Shown here: positions 48,505 to 57,489 of the stretch, one piece after another
How positions within the stretch are numbered: position 1 is the stretch's first letter
Layout: every line of letters starts with the position of its first letter
Assembly (NCBI GenBank): GCA_964530335.1
Contig: CAZGYG010000004.1
Coordinates: 8,104-72,103, forward strand
DNA from: an uncultured Rhodospirillaceae bacterium
Lineage (GTDB): Bacteria > Pseudomonadota > Alphaproteobacteria > SP197
Length of the DNA stretch: 64,000 nt
Direction of reading: 5' to 3'
The notes under the pieces: model-generated
What the model was told of the DNA's origin: nothing
Database searches by the model: none
What the model saw: only the letters and a program-made list of their open reading frames with translations
Made by a program: the position numbers and the translations under genes

Positions 48505-49442
48505 CGGGCCCTAACTTTTCGCCCGGCCGGCCTTGCCCTTGCCTTGGTCGTGCGGTGATCGTCGAGGAAGCGCTTGACCTCGGCCAGGTAACGCCTGGGT
48601 TCCTCGTGCATGGGCAGGTGGGACGAATTCTTGAACAGCACGACCCGGCTGTCGGGCAGGGCGAGGTGCATGCGCAGCGCGCACGCGGGGCCGAGTTCGT
48701 CGAAATAGCCGACCAGGATCAACGCCGGCTGGCGGATCCGCCCCATGTCGGGGATGCGGTTCCAGTCCTTGAGGTTGCCGATGTATAGGAATTCGTTGGG
48801 CCCTTGCATCGTCATGTAGGGCCCCATGTTCCCGATGTTCCAACCGTCGAGCGAGGCCTTGAGCGACGGCGGGATCACGTCGAGCCGGTGGACGTGTCGG
48901 TAGTTCAGCAGCGTGATCGCCGCGCGGTATTCCGGATGGTCGTAGGTCCCTTCCACCTCGTGGCGCTGCATCATCGCGACGGTCTCGGGCCCGAGCGCCG
49001 CGCGCAGCCGGTCGAGCTCGGAAACCAGATGGGGCATGTCGCCGCAGGTGTTCGACAGCACCAGCGTCTTGACCGACTTCGGGTAGGTCAGCGCGTATTC
49101 GATCGCGAGCCAGCCGCCCCACGATTGCCCGAGCAAATGCACCGCCGGCAGGTCCAGGGCGCGGAGCACGGTTTCGACCTCGCGCGCGTAGCGCCCGATC
49201 GTCCACAGGTTGGGGTCGGTCGGCCGGTCCGAGGCGCCGGCGCCGAGCTGATCGTAGGTGACGACGCGATAGCCCGCATCGGCGAGCGGAATCAACGGAT
49301 CGCGCAGGTAGTCGCAGGGCAGTCCCGGCCCACCGTTGAGCAGGAACAGGACCTCGTCGCCCCGACCGTAGCTGTAGGTGACGACCTCGTACCCATCCAC
49401 CGCGACACGCTTCACGGTGCCGGGCCTGCGCGGCTTCGCCAT
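48501..49442 (-). CDS. Proline iminopeptidase-family alpha/beta hydrolase (S33)
   Basis: LLNGGPG oxyanion motif, GQSWGG nucleophile elbow. 313 aa. The 3' end overlaps the hemN stop by 4 nt (convergent). Confidence 0.75.
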   Translation of the reverse strand: MAKPRRPGTVKRVAVDGYEVVTYSYGRGDEVLFLLNGGPGLPCDYLRDPLIPLADAGYRVVTYDQLGAGASDRPTDPNLWTIGRYAREVETVLRALDLPAVHLLGQSWGGWLAIEYALTYPKSVKTLVLSNTCGDMPHLVSELDRLRAALGPETVAMMQRHEVEGTYDHPEYRAAITLLNYRHVHRLDVIPPSLKASLDGWNIGNMGPYMTMQGPNEFLYIGNLKDWNRIPDMGRIRQPALILVGYFDELGPACALRMHLALPDSRVVLFKNSSHLPMHEEPRRYLAEVKRFLDDHRTTKARARPAGRKVRAR

Positions 49443-49531
49443 GGCGGTTCCCCCCTTTGTCGGCGGGAACTTTGGCCGGGGCCGCGGCGAGCGTCAACGT
49501 GCGCCGGGGCCGAACACGCGGGGAGGTGCCG

Positions 49532-50365
49532 CTACCACAGCGCGCCGGCGGCCAAGGTGATGTTCTCCATGGTGATGCCCATGGCCTCGTCGCGGCAGAG
49601 GAACGCGGCCAGGGCGCCGATCTCGGCGGGGTCTATGATGCGCTTCTGCGGGTAGCTCGCCTTGACCTCGGCGATGTACTGCTCGGGGGTGCGCTGGCGG
49701 CCCTCGCGCGCGACCATCGAGCCCAGCGCCTTGTGCATCATGCCGGTCTCGACGAAGCCCGGGCTGATGGCGTTGCAGGTGACGCCGTGGGCCGCGCCTT
49801 CGAGCGCGACGCAGCGCATGAGCCCGAGAATCCCCGCCTTGGAGGCGCAGTAGGCGGCGTTGTCCTTGGCGCCGACGGTCGCGGAGGTCGAGGCGACGCA
49901 CACGATGCGGCCCCAGCCGCGCTCGATCATGCCGGGCAGGCAACGCTTGATGGTGCGATAATAGCCGTTGAGGTTGACGTCGATGACCTGGTGCCAGAGC
50001 TCGTCCGGGTGCCCGACCATGGGCTGCTCGAGCGACATGCCGGCGACGTTGGCCAGGATGTCCACCTTGCCGAACGCGGCGACGGCCGCGTCGTAGAACG
50101 CCTGCACCGAGGCGTCGGAGCGTACGTCGAGCTCGCACGCGGTGGCACGCACGCCGTGGCCCGCGATCTCGCGCCGCACGGCTTCGAACTCGTCGGACGT
50201 TGGGAAGTAGCTGTCCACGCGCTCGTCCGGGGCGGGCGAGCGCGTCAGCGAGCCGATCGCCACGTCGGCCCCGGCGGCGGCGAGCGCGAGCGCCACGGCG
50301 CGGCCCTGGCCCGATCCGCCGCCGGTCACCAGGGCCGCGCGGCCCGCCAGGTATCGTTCGGTCAT
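49532..50365 (-). CDS. SDR family oxidoreductase
   Basis: TGGGSGQG cofactor motif, NVAG, YCASKAG catalytic Tyr-Lys. 277 aa. Confidence 0.8.
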   Translation of the reverse strand: MTERYLAGRAALVTGGGSGQGRAVALALAAAGADVAIGSLTRSPAPDERVDSYFPTSDEFEAVRREIAGHGVRATACELDVRSDASVQAFYDAAVAAFGKVDILANVAGMSLEQPMVGHPDELWHQVIDVNLNGYYRTIKRCLPGMIERGWGRIVCVASTSATVGAKDNAAYCASKAGILGLMRCVALEGAAHGVTCNAISPGFVETGMMHKALGSMVAREGRQRTPEQYIAEVKASYPQKRIIDPAEIGALAAFLCRDEAMGITMENITLAAGALW

Positions 50366-50493
50366 TGTGGTCCTTGGCGGTTCCCGACCCGATACAGCGT
50401 TCTTGCTGGCATCGCACCGCCGCCGCTATGCTTCGGCCCACTGTATACGCCGAATGGGGCGATCCAGCCCCACGGAGTCGAGGGAGGCAGACC

Positions 50494-51633
50494 ATGACAT
50501 CATTTCCTAGGGATCGCGCCATCGACGGGCCGTTCGCGGCCCCGACGCGGCGGCAGGTGACATTGGGCATGGGCGCGCTGGGGGCCGCCGGGGCGCTCGG
50601 GCTCGGCCCGCGCGCGGCCAGGGCGGAAACGTCGATCAAGTGGATGGGCTGGCAGGGCTACGACGAGTGCTTCAACGCCGGCACCTTCCTGGCCGACAGC
50701 GGCATCGCGATGGAGAAGACCTACATCAACGCCAACGAGGAGATCATCACCAAGCTCGCCGCCGGCGGTACCGGCTCGATCGACCTGATCACCATGTACT
50801 TCGGCTACCTGCAGCCGATGGCGAGGGCCGGCTTGCTGGAGCCGTTCGACGTGGCCAAGGCGCCGAACGCCGAGAAGGTCATTCCGGAGTTCATGGACAG
50901 CGAGGCGCTGCGCCACGATGGCCAGCTCTACGGGGTGCCGTGGACCTGGGGCTTCCTGCCGATGATGTACGACCCGGCGGCGATTCCCACCCCGACCTCG
51001 TGGAAGGATGTGCTGAAGGACGAATACAAGGGCAAGGTGGTGATGATTCACGACCCGCTCGGCAACCTCCAGGTCTGGGGCCGGGTCGTGACCGGCGCCG
51101 AGCACTCGACCATCCTCACCCACGACCAACTCAAGGAGACCATCGACTTCCTCATCAACGTCAAGAAGAACCACGCCCGCGCCTTCGCCTCGAGCTACGG
51201 CGAGGCGTCCGACATGTTCGCGCGCGGCGAGGTGGTGATCTCGGCGCTGGGTTGGGAGGCCATGGTCGGCTTCGCCGCGACCGCCGGCAAGGTCATCGAC
51301 TTCGTGATCCCCGAGGAAGGCACGGCGATGTACATGGACTGCCAGGCCATCCCGGCGGGATCGCCGAACCCTGACGCTGCGTACGCGGCGGCCAACCACT
51401 GCCTGTCGGTGGAAGGTCAGGCGAAGATCGTCGAGGTGCTGACCCAGGGCATCACGAACCTGGACGCGATCGCCCAGACCGCGCCGGAGCACCAGGCGAT
51501 CTATTCCTACGACAACATCGGCAAGGTCCTGGAGCGGGCGCGGATGGAGCCGATGCCGCCCTCCGAATCCGACGGCACGCACATCACCTACGATGACTTC
51601 CTCGAGGAGTACGACCGCCTCCTGAAGGCATGA
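50494..51633 (+). CDS. ABC transporter substrate-binding protein (PotD/PotF polyamine-binding family) with Tat/Sec signal
   Basis: ATG at 50494 with GGAGG RBS. RRQVTLGMGALGAAGALGL twin-arginine-like signal. PotD-fold length (379 aa). Confidence 0.8.
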   Translation: MTSFPRDRAIDGPFAAPTRRQVTLGMGALGAAGALGLGPRAARAETSIKWMGWQGYDECFNAGTFLADSGIAMEKTYINANEEIITKLAAGGTGSIDLITMYFGYLQPMARAGLLEPFDVAKAPNAEKVIPEFMDSEALRHDGQLYGVPWTWGFLPMMYDPAAIPTPTSWKDVLKDEYKGKVVMIHDPLGNLQVWGRVVTGAEHSTILTHDQLKETIDFLINVKKNHARAFASSYGEASDMFARGEVVISALGWEAMVGFAATAGKVIDFVIPEEGTAMYMDCQAIPAGSPNPDAAYAAANHCLSVEGQAKIVEVLTQGITNLDAIAQTAPEHQAIYSYDNIGKVLERARMEPMPPSESDGTHITYDDFLEEYDRLLKA

Positions 51634-52700
51634 CCGCTGCGAACGCGCCGCGGCCGGACGAGGGGCACCGACCCCTCGTCCGGCTGCGGGGCCTGACCAA
51701 GTCGTTCGGTCCGGTCGTCGCGGTTGCCCCGCTCGACCTCGACATCTACCCGGGTGATTTCTACGCGCTGCTCGGCCCGTCGGGCTGCGGCAAGACGACG
51801 CTGCTGCGCATGGTCGGCGGATTCACCGAACCGACGGCGGGGATCATCGAGATCGACGGCCAGGACGTGACGCGCCGTGGCCCCGAGCACCGCCCGACGA
51901 ACATGGTGTTCCAGGGCTACGGCCTGTTTCCCCACATGACGGTCAGCCAGAACATCGGCTACGGGCTGCGCCTCGCCAAAGTGCCCGAAGGGGAGCGGAC
52001 CGAGCGGGTCAAGGCGATCATGGCCCTGGTGCGCATCGAGGAGCTGGCGGGGCGGCGCCCCGATGCGCTGTCCGGCGGCCAGGCCCAGCGGGTGGCGCTG
52101 GCGCGCGCGCTGGTCATGCGCCCCCGCGTGCTGCTGCTCGACGAGCCGCTCGCCGCGCTCGACCTCAAGCTCAGGAAGCAGATGCAGGAGGAGTTGCGCC
52201 GCATCCACCAATCGATCGGCGGCACGTTCGTGTTCGTCACCCACGATCAGGGCGAGGCCATGGGGCTGGCCAACCGCATCGCGGTCATGGAGGCCGGCCG
52301 CTGCGTCCAGGAAGGCGGTCCCGAGGAGATCTACCTCAGGCCGCGCACCCGCTTCGTCTCGGCCTTCATCGGCGAGGCCAACATGCTGGCCGGAGCGCGG
52401 CGCGACGGCGTCGTCACCCTCAAGGCCGGCATCGCGCTGGCGGATCCCGGGCCCGACGGCCCGGTCGCGCTGGTCGTGCGGCCCGAGGCGGTCGCGCTGG
52501 GCGGCGGCGAGGTCAGCGTCGAGGGGCGGCTCGACGACGTGGTGTTCCTGGGTCCCTACACCCGCTACCGCGTCACCGCCACGAGCGGTGAGGAGATCGT
52601 CGCGCACGTCGCCGACGGCCGATCGCGGGCGGCGACGGTGGGCGACGCGGTGCGGATCGGCTGGTCCGCCGCGGCGCACCGGGTGGTGGCCGAGGCATGA
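51630..52700 (+). CDS. ABC transporter ATP-binding protein (PotA-like)
   Basis: ATGA overlap with the SBP gene. Walker A GPSGCGKTT, LSGGQAQRVALARAL, Walker B, TOBE C-terminus. Confidence 0.9.
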   Translation: MTAANAPRPDEGHRPLVRLRGLTKSFGPVVAVAPLDLDIYPGDFYALLGPSGCGKTTLLRMVGGFTEPTAGIIEIDGQDVTRRGPEHRPTNMVFQGYGLFPHMTVSQNIGYGLRLAKVPEGERTERVKAIMALVRIEELAGRRPDALSGGQAQRVALARALVMRPRVLLLDEPLAALDLKLRKQMQEELRRIHQSIGGTFVFVTHDQGEAMGLANRIAVMEAGRCVQEGGPEEIYLRPRTRFVSAFIGEANMLAGARRDGVVTLKAGIALADPGPDGPVALVVRPEAVALGGGEVSVEGRLDDVVFLGPYTRYRVTATSGEEIVAHVADGRSRAATVGDAVRIGWSAAAHRVVAEA

Positions 52701-53539
52701 TCCGCCCGGCGCGCAAGGACGCGGCGATGCTCGGCCCGTCGGGGGCCGTGTTCCTGGTGCTGTTCGTCGCGCCGTTCGCGTTCCTGTTCGTCGTCAGCTT
52801 CTGGCGCAAGAAGATGTTCACGGTCGAGCCGGACCTGACGTTCGCCAACTACGCCGACACCTTCGCCGACTACGGCTGGCCGCTGGCGTTCACGCTGATG
52901 GTGGCGTTCGCCATCGCCGTGCTGACGACGCTGCTGGCGTTCGCCTTCGCCTACGCCATACGGTTCCACGCCGGGCGGTTCGGCACCGCGCTTCTGTTCG
53001 TGACCCTGATCACGCTGTTCGGCGGCTATCTGGTCAAGATCTACGCGTGGAAGACGATCCTGGGCACCGAGGGGATTCTCAACTCGGCGCTGTTGACGCT
53101 GGGCATCGTGGACCGGCCGCTGACCATCTTCATCTACAACCCCGCGGCGGTGGTCGTGACGCTGACCCATTTCCTGTTGCCGCTCGCGGTGCTGCCGATC
53201 TTCGCCTCGCTCCGGGGCATCAAGGACATCGGCCTGGAGGCCGCGCGGGACCTGGGCGCGGGGCCGGGCCGCACGTTTCTCGACATCGTCCTGCCGCAGG
53301 CGTTGCCGGGGGTCATGGCGGCCTTCACGTTCAGCTTTCTCATCTCGGCCGGCGACTACGTGACGCCGCGCTACGTCGGCGGCCCGTACACCTCGATGAT
53401 CGGGGATTTCATCGAAGGGCAGTTCAGCCTGCGCTTCGATTGGCCGGCCGGCGCGGCGATGTCGTTCACGGTGCTCGCCGCCGCCGCCGTCGTGCTCGGT
53501 CTCGTGCGCGTGCTCGCCGGCGCGCTCAAGCCGCGATGA
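52697..53539 (+). CDS. ABC transporter permease (PotB-like)
   Basis: ATGA overlap. Six TM helices, EAA loop (EAARDLGAGPGRTFLDIVLP). Confidence 0.85.
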   Translation: MIRPARKDAAMLGPSGAVFLVLFVAPFAFLFVVSFWRKKMFTVEPDLTFANYADTFADYGWPLAFTLMVAFAIAVLTTLLAFAFAYAIRFHAGRFGTALLFVTLITLFGGYLVKIYAWKTILGTEGILNSALLTLGIVDRPLTIFIYNPAAVVVTLTHFLLPLAVLPIFASLRGIKDIGLEAARDLGAGPGRTFLDIVLPQALPGVMAAFTFSFLISAGDYVTPRYVGGPYTSMIGDFIEGQFSLRFDWPAGAAMSFTVLAAAAVVLGLVRVLAGALKPR

Positions 53540-54315
53540 CCAGGATGATGACCAGGATTCTGTGGGGCGCGTTCTCGGGTCTCGTGACCCTGTTCATGCT
53601 CACGCCGCTGGGCCTTGTCGTGCTGTTCTCGTTCACCGACAACGCGCTGACGAACTTCCCGATCAACGCGATCTCGCTGCACTGGTACCGCATCCTCGGC
53701 GCCAACCCGGAATTCTGGAAGGCGTTCGAGAACAGCATGATCATCTCGAGCACGGTCGCCGTGGTGTCCACGGTGATCGGGACCATGGCGGCGATGGTGC
53801 TTTCCCGCTGGCGCGAGCGCGTGGCCAACGCCGTGCTGCTCGCGCTCGCGGCGCCGGTGACGTTGCCCGCGCTGGTCATCGGCATCGCGCTGCTGGTGTT
53901 CTTCAACAAGGTCGGCGTGCCGCTCAGCCGCGCGACCGTGATCGCCAGCCACCTGGTCATCACCCAGCCGTTCGTGATCCTGATCGTGTACGCCCGCATG
54001 GTGAACTTCGACTACGCCGCCGTGGACAGCGCGCGCGACCTGGGCGCCTCGCCGTGGCGCGCGTTCTGGACCGTGACCTTTCCCATCGTGTCCTCGACCG
54101 TGATCGGCGCGGCGCTGATCGCGCTGGCCGTGTCGCTCGACGATTTCATCGTCACGTTCTTCACCATCGGCGGCGGCAACACCCTGCCGACGTTCATCTG
54201 GGGCAAGGTGCGGACGTACCTGGACCCCTCGATCAACGCCATCGGCACGATCCTGATCGGGCTGACCATCGCCTCGACGGCCGTGGCGCTTTGGCTCGGA
54301 CGCTATCGCGGCTGA
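53536..54315 (+). CDS. ABC transporter permease (PotC-like)
   Basis: ATG at 53536 overlaps the upstream stop (ATGA). EAA loop (DSARDLGASPWRAFWTVTFP). The track shows this only as the tail of a fused wrong-frame 750-aa ORF. Confidence 0.85.
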   Translation: MTRMMTRILWGAFSGLVTLFMLTPLGLVVLFSFTDNALTNFPINAISLHWYRILGANPEFWKAFENSMIISSTVAVVSTVIGTMAAMVLSRWRERVANAVLLALAAPVTLPALVIGIALLVFFNKVGVPLSRATVIASHLVITQPFVILIVYARMVNFDYAAVDSARDLGASPWRAFWTVTFPIVSSTVIGAALIALAVSLDDFIVTFFTIGGGNTLPTFIWGKVRTYLDPSINAIGTILIGLTIASTAVALWLGRYRG

Positions 54316-54317
54316 CG

Positions 54318-54914
54318 ATGATCTACGTCGAGTTCATACAGCGCGACCGCTTCGTGCCCGTCGAGCTGTTCCGCGCGCTGGGCGATCAGGCGTCGTGGAC
54401 CGATCCGGACGACGAGCTGGTGCTCAACGTCGGGCGCACCCTGCGGCTTGGCCCGCACCCGGCGTACATGGCGTTCTGGCGGTGCAAGGGCATGGCGCGG
54501 CTCGACGAATGGGAGGCGCACTTCCAGAGCGCGGCGGGCCTCGCCGACAGCTATGAGCAGGCGACCCACAAGGCGATCCATCTTTCGGATGCCGGGTGCT
54601 TCGACGAGATCGCCGCCGGCCCCCGCGCCGACGGCGGGCTCCAGTACATCGAGTTCCTCGACGTGCCCGGCGATACCGCCGACACGGCCATGGCCGAGCA
54701 CTTCGCCAGACGCGCCGAGCGTCACGTCCCGGCGGACCTCAATCACGTCGTGCGGCGCATCGGGCTCATGGGCGGGCCGCTGGGCGACATGGCGGTGTGG
54801 ACAACGCCGGATTACGCCGGGCTCGAGCCGCTGGCGCGCGAGGCGCACCCCGAAGGCCCGTTCAGGCCGCGCCGCGCCGGCGTCTACCGCCGGTTCGGCC
54901 AGGAGATTCTCTAG
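54318..54914 (+). CDS. Hypothetical protein with two tandem ~90-aa repeats resembling dimeric alpha/beta-barrel (ferredoxin-like) half-domains
   Basis: Internal duplication visible (YVEFIQRDRFVPVELF...AYMAFWRC vs YIEFLDVPGDTADTAMAEHF...GDMAVWTT). Starts 3 nt after the permease stop. Confidence 0.4.
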   Translation: MIYVEFIQRDRFVPVELFRALGDQASWTDPDDELVLNVGRTLRLGPHPAYMAFWRCKGMARLDEWEAHFQSAAGLADSYEQATHKAIHLSDAGCFDEIAAGPRADGGLQYIEFLDVPGDTADTAMAEHFARRAERHVPADLNHVVRRIGLMGGPLGDMAVWTTPDYAGLEPLAREAHPEGPFRPRRAGVYRRFGQEIL

Positions 54915-55798
54915 AAGCCGATGCCCGGCGCGAAGTCCGCGTATTCGGGCGCGCGCTCGATCCGGAGCGCGGCACAGCCGCACGCTTCGCCCGGGTCGAT
55001 GCGCGCCATGGTCAGCAGGCTGATGCGCACCGAGGCACGCGCGAGGTCGTGGTGGATCGGGTCGATCGCCTCGCCCGGCGCGTCGACGACGCCGTCCTCC
55101 CAGCACACGACGTAGCTCGAACTGGCGAAGCACGCGCCGATCTCGCGCATGGCCGAGGCCTCGGGGCCGATGCTCTGGTTGACCACGTCGCCGCCCAGCA
55201 TCTGGAAGGCGCGCGCCTCGGCTCGGCTGGTGAAGCGCGGGCCCCAGTTGTGCGTCGCGACGACCCGGTGGCCGTGACCGAGCACGCGCCCCGGCTGAGG
55301 CCACGCTTGCCGCGCGTTCGCTTCCAGCGTCGCGGCCAGGGCCGGGCAGAACAACTGGTTGGCGAGGCCCTGGTGCCTGAGCCGGCCGGGCATCGCCGAA
55401 TACTGGGTCTGGCTGAAGTCGAGCACGTCCTTGGGAATGACCAGGTCGCGCGGCTGGATCGCCTTGTTGAGCGAGCCGCAGGTCGAGTCCGCCAGCACCT
55501 TGCGCGCGCCGGCCTGGGCGAGCACCCACGCGACGCGGCGATGCGCGGCATGGTCGATCGCGTCGTTGGGCCAGCCGTGGGAGAACACGTTGAGCACCGT
55601 TCGCGCCCGCCCGTCCGGCGCGAGCGCGCCGTCGAGCTCGATCACCTGCCAGTTGCCGGCCGGCCCCCACGGCGTCTCGAACGTCAGCCAGCGATCGAGC
55701 ACGCGCACGCCGGGTTCCGCCAGGTCGTCGGGAAAGCGCAGGCCCCAGCCGGCGCTGCCCGAAAGGAGCGCGTAGGGCGTCTTGGGGATCGCGACCAT
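54911..55798 (-). CDS. Purine-nucleoside/5'-methylthioadenosine phosphorylase family protein (PNP/MTAP-like)
   Basis: N-terminus MVAIPKTPYALLSGSAGWGL... is a PNP/MTAP-type glycine-rich motif. ~295 aa. The assignment is tentative. Confidence 0.5.
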   Translation of the reverse strand: MVAIPKTPYALLSGSAGWGLRFPDDLAEPGVRVLDRWLTFETPWGPAGNWQVIELDGALAPDGRARTVLNVFSHGWPNDAIDHAAHRRVAWVLAQAGARKVLADSTCGSLNKAIQPRDLVIPKDVLDFSQTQYSAMPGRLRHQGLANQLFCPALAATLEANARQAWPQPGRVLGHGHRVVATHNWGPRFTSRAEARAFQMLGGDVVNQSIGPEASAMREIGACFASSSYVVCWEDGVVDAPGEAIDPIHHDLARASVRISLLTMARIDPGEACGCAALRIERAPEYADFAPGIGF

Positions 55799-55923
55799 GG
55801 CGGGTCTCCCGGGCGAAGCGGCGAGAATGACGGCGCTTCGTCGCGATGGCAAGGCGGTCGGCTATGTTGTATACGATGATGCGGTCAGGGCCCGTCCAAG
55901 CGGGACCCAAGGGAGGGACAACC

Positions 55924-56979
55924 ATGAACTTCAAGCTCATGTCGGCGGCCGTGGCGCTCGCCGGCGCGCTCGCCGGCACCTCGGCCGCGGCGCAAGAGGT
56001 GCACGTTCTCAACTGGGAAGGCTGGGGCACGAACCAGCCCTACGCCATCGAGGCGTACGAGGCGGCGACCGGGAACAAGGTGGTCCACGACTACTTCACC
56101 TCGTTCCCCGAGATGTTCACCAAGCTGCGCACGAACCCCGGCTACTACGACGTGGTCGTCATCAACTCGTCGTACATGGGGGCGGCGGCGGACGAAGGGC
56201 TGATCCAGCCGATCGACAGCGGCCGGCTCGGCAATTTCGCCGCGCTCTTCGCCGAACTGCGCGACGCGGCGGATTTCCAGAAGGATGGCAACCTTTACGG
56301 CGTCGCGTGGGTCTGGGGCGCGACCAGCGTCAGCTACAACACCGACAAAATCACGACGGCGCCCGATTCGATCCAGGTGTTCTGGGACCCGGCCCATGCC
56401 GGCCGCGTGTGCTGGCACGACAGCCCCGAGGACTCGGTGCGCATGGCCGCGATCGCCACCGGTCAGGATCCGGAGCATCCGACCGACATGGCGGCGGTCC
56501 GCGACAAGCTGCGCGCGCTCAAGCCCCAGATCCAGACCTTCTGGGCCTCGGAGGACGAGTGGCTGAAGCTGATCGCCGGAGACCAGTGCGACGTTTCGCT
56601 CATCTGGACCGACTCGACCGAGAAGGCGAAGGAAACCCACAGCCAGCCGATCACCTTCTTCATACCCGCGGAAGGCGCGCTCGGTTGGCGTGATGGCCTG
56701 GCGATCCCGGCCGGGGCGCCGAACATCGACGCGGCGTACGCCTTCGTCGACTACATGATCAGCACCGATTTCTACGCGGGCTGGGCGGCGGCGGGCGGCG
56801 CTCCCGTGGCGGCGAGCTCCGAGGCGGTCGGCGCGCTGTCGGCGGATTCACTCACCCGCCAGGTGCTCACGACCGAGGAGAGCCTGAGCCGGCTGAAGTT
56901 CCAGCAGCCCAAGACCGAGGAAGAACGTCAGGCCTGGCTCGAGCTGTGGGAGGAGACCAAGGCGTACTACGCGGAGTAG
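55924..56979 (+). CDS. Orphan ABC substrate-binding protein, PotD/PotF (spermidine/putrescine) family
   Basis: ATG at 55924 with GGGAGGG RBS. Signal peptide MNFKLMSAAVALAGALAGTSAAAQ. PotD-like length and motifs. No adjacent permease or ATPase. Confidence 0.8.
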   Translation: MNFKLMSAAVALAGALAGTSAAAQEVHVLNWEGWGTNQPYAIEAYEAATGNKVVHDYFTSFPEMFTKLRTNPGYYDVVVINSSYMGAAADEGLIQPIDSGRLGNFAALFAELRDAADFQKDGNLYGVAWVWGATSVSYNTDKITTAPDSIQVFWDPAHAGRVCWHDSPEDSVRMAAIATGQDPEHPTDMAAVRDKLRALKPQIQTFWASEDEWLKLIAGDQCDVSLIWTDSTEKAKETHSQPITFFIPAEGALGWRDGLAIPAGAPNIDAAYAFVDYMISTDFYAGWAAAGGAPVAASSEAVGALSADSLTRQVLTTEESLSRLKFQQPKTEEERQAWLELWEETKAYYAE

Positions 56980-57249
56980 CAATTTTGCAGGCTGCTGAAA
57001 AACCCCCGACGACGTCATTGCGAGGAGGCCGCAGGCCGACGTGGCAATCCAGGATTGCAGGGCTCGTGCGGTTGCCCCTGGATCGCCACGGACGCTACGC
57101 GTCCTCGCGATGACGGTATTGATGTCTTAATTCAGCGCCCTGTTAGCGGCGCTCAGGCATCGACGCGGGCGGCGGCGGGTACGCCCCCGATGCTGTGCTC
57201 CGACGATGGATCGCGTAGAGTCGCTTGGCAACCCGGCGCGGATATCGCC

Positions 57250-57447
57250 ATGAAGCACCACTACACGGTCGGGACGACGCAGGGGTCGCGGAGCGAGGCG
57301 GTCAGCGTGGACGCCGAGGACGCCTTGATCGCCGCGCTCATGGTCAAGCATCGCCATCCCGGGGTGATGATCACCTACGTGCGCAAACGCAACGCGCGCG
57401 GCGACCTGCGCCACCCGCCCCACGCCGTCGACGACCGCGAGCCGTAG
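57250..57447 (+). CDS. Small hypothetical protein (65 aa; MKHHYTVGTTQGSRSEAVSVDAEDALIAAL...)
   Basis: Open frame preceded by a 270-bp comparatively AT-rich leader with palindromes. No recognisable domain, and the start is ambiguous (ATG 57190 or 57250). Confidence 0.3.
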   Translation: MKHHYTVGTTQGSRSEAVSVDAEDALIAALMVKHRHPGVMITYVRKRNARGDLRHPPHAVDDREP

Positions 57448-57489
57448 ACGCGGTTCGTCAGCCCGGTATGGCGTGGCCCGACGCGCGCG

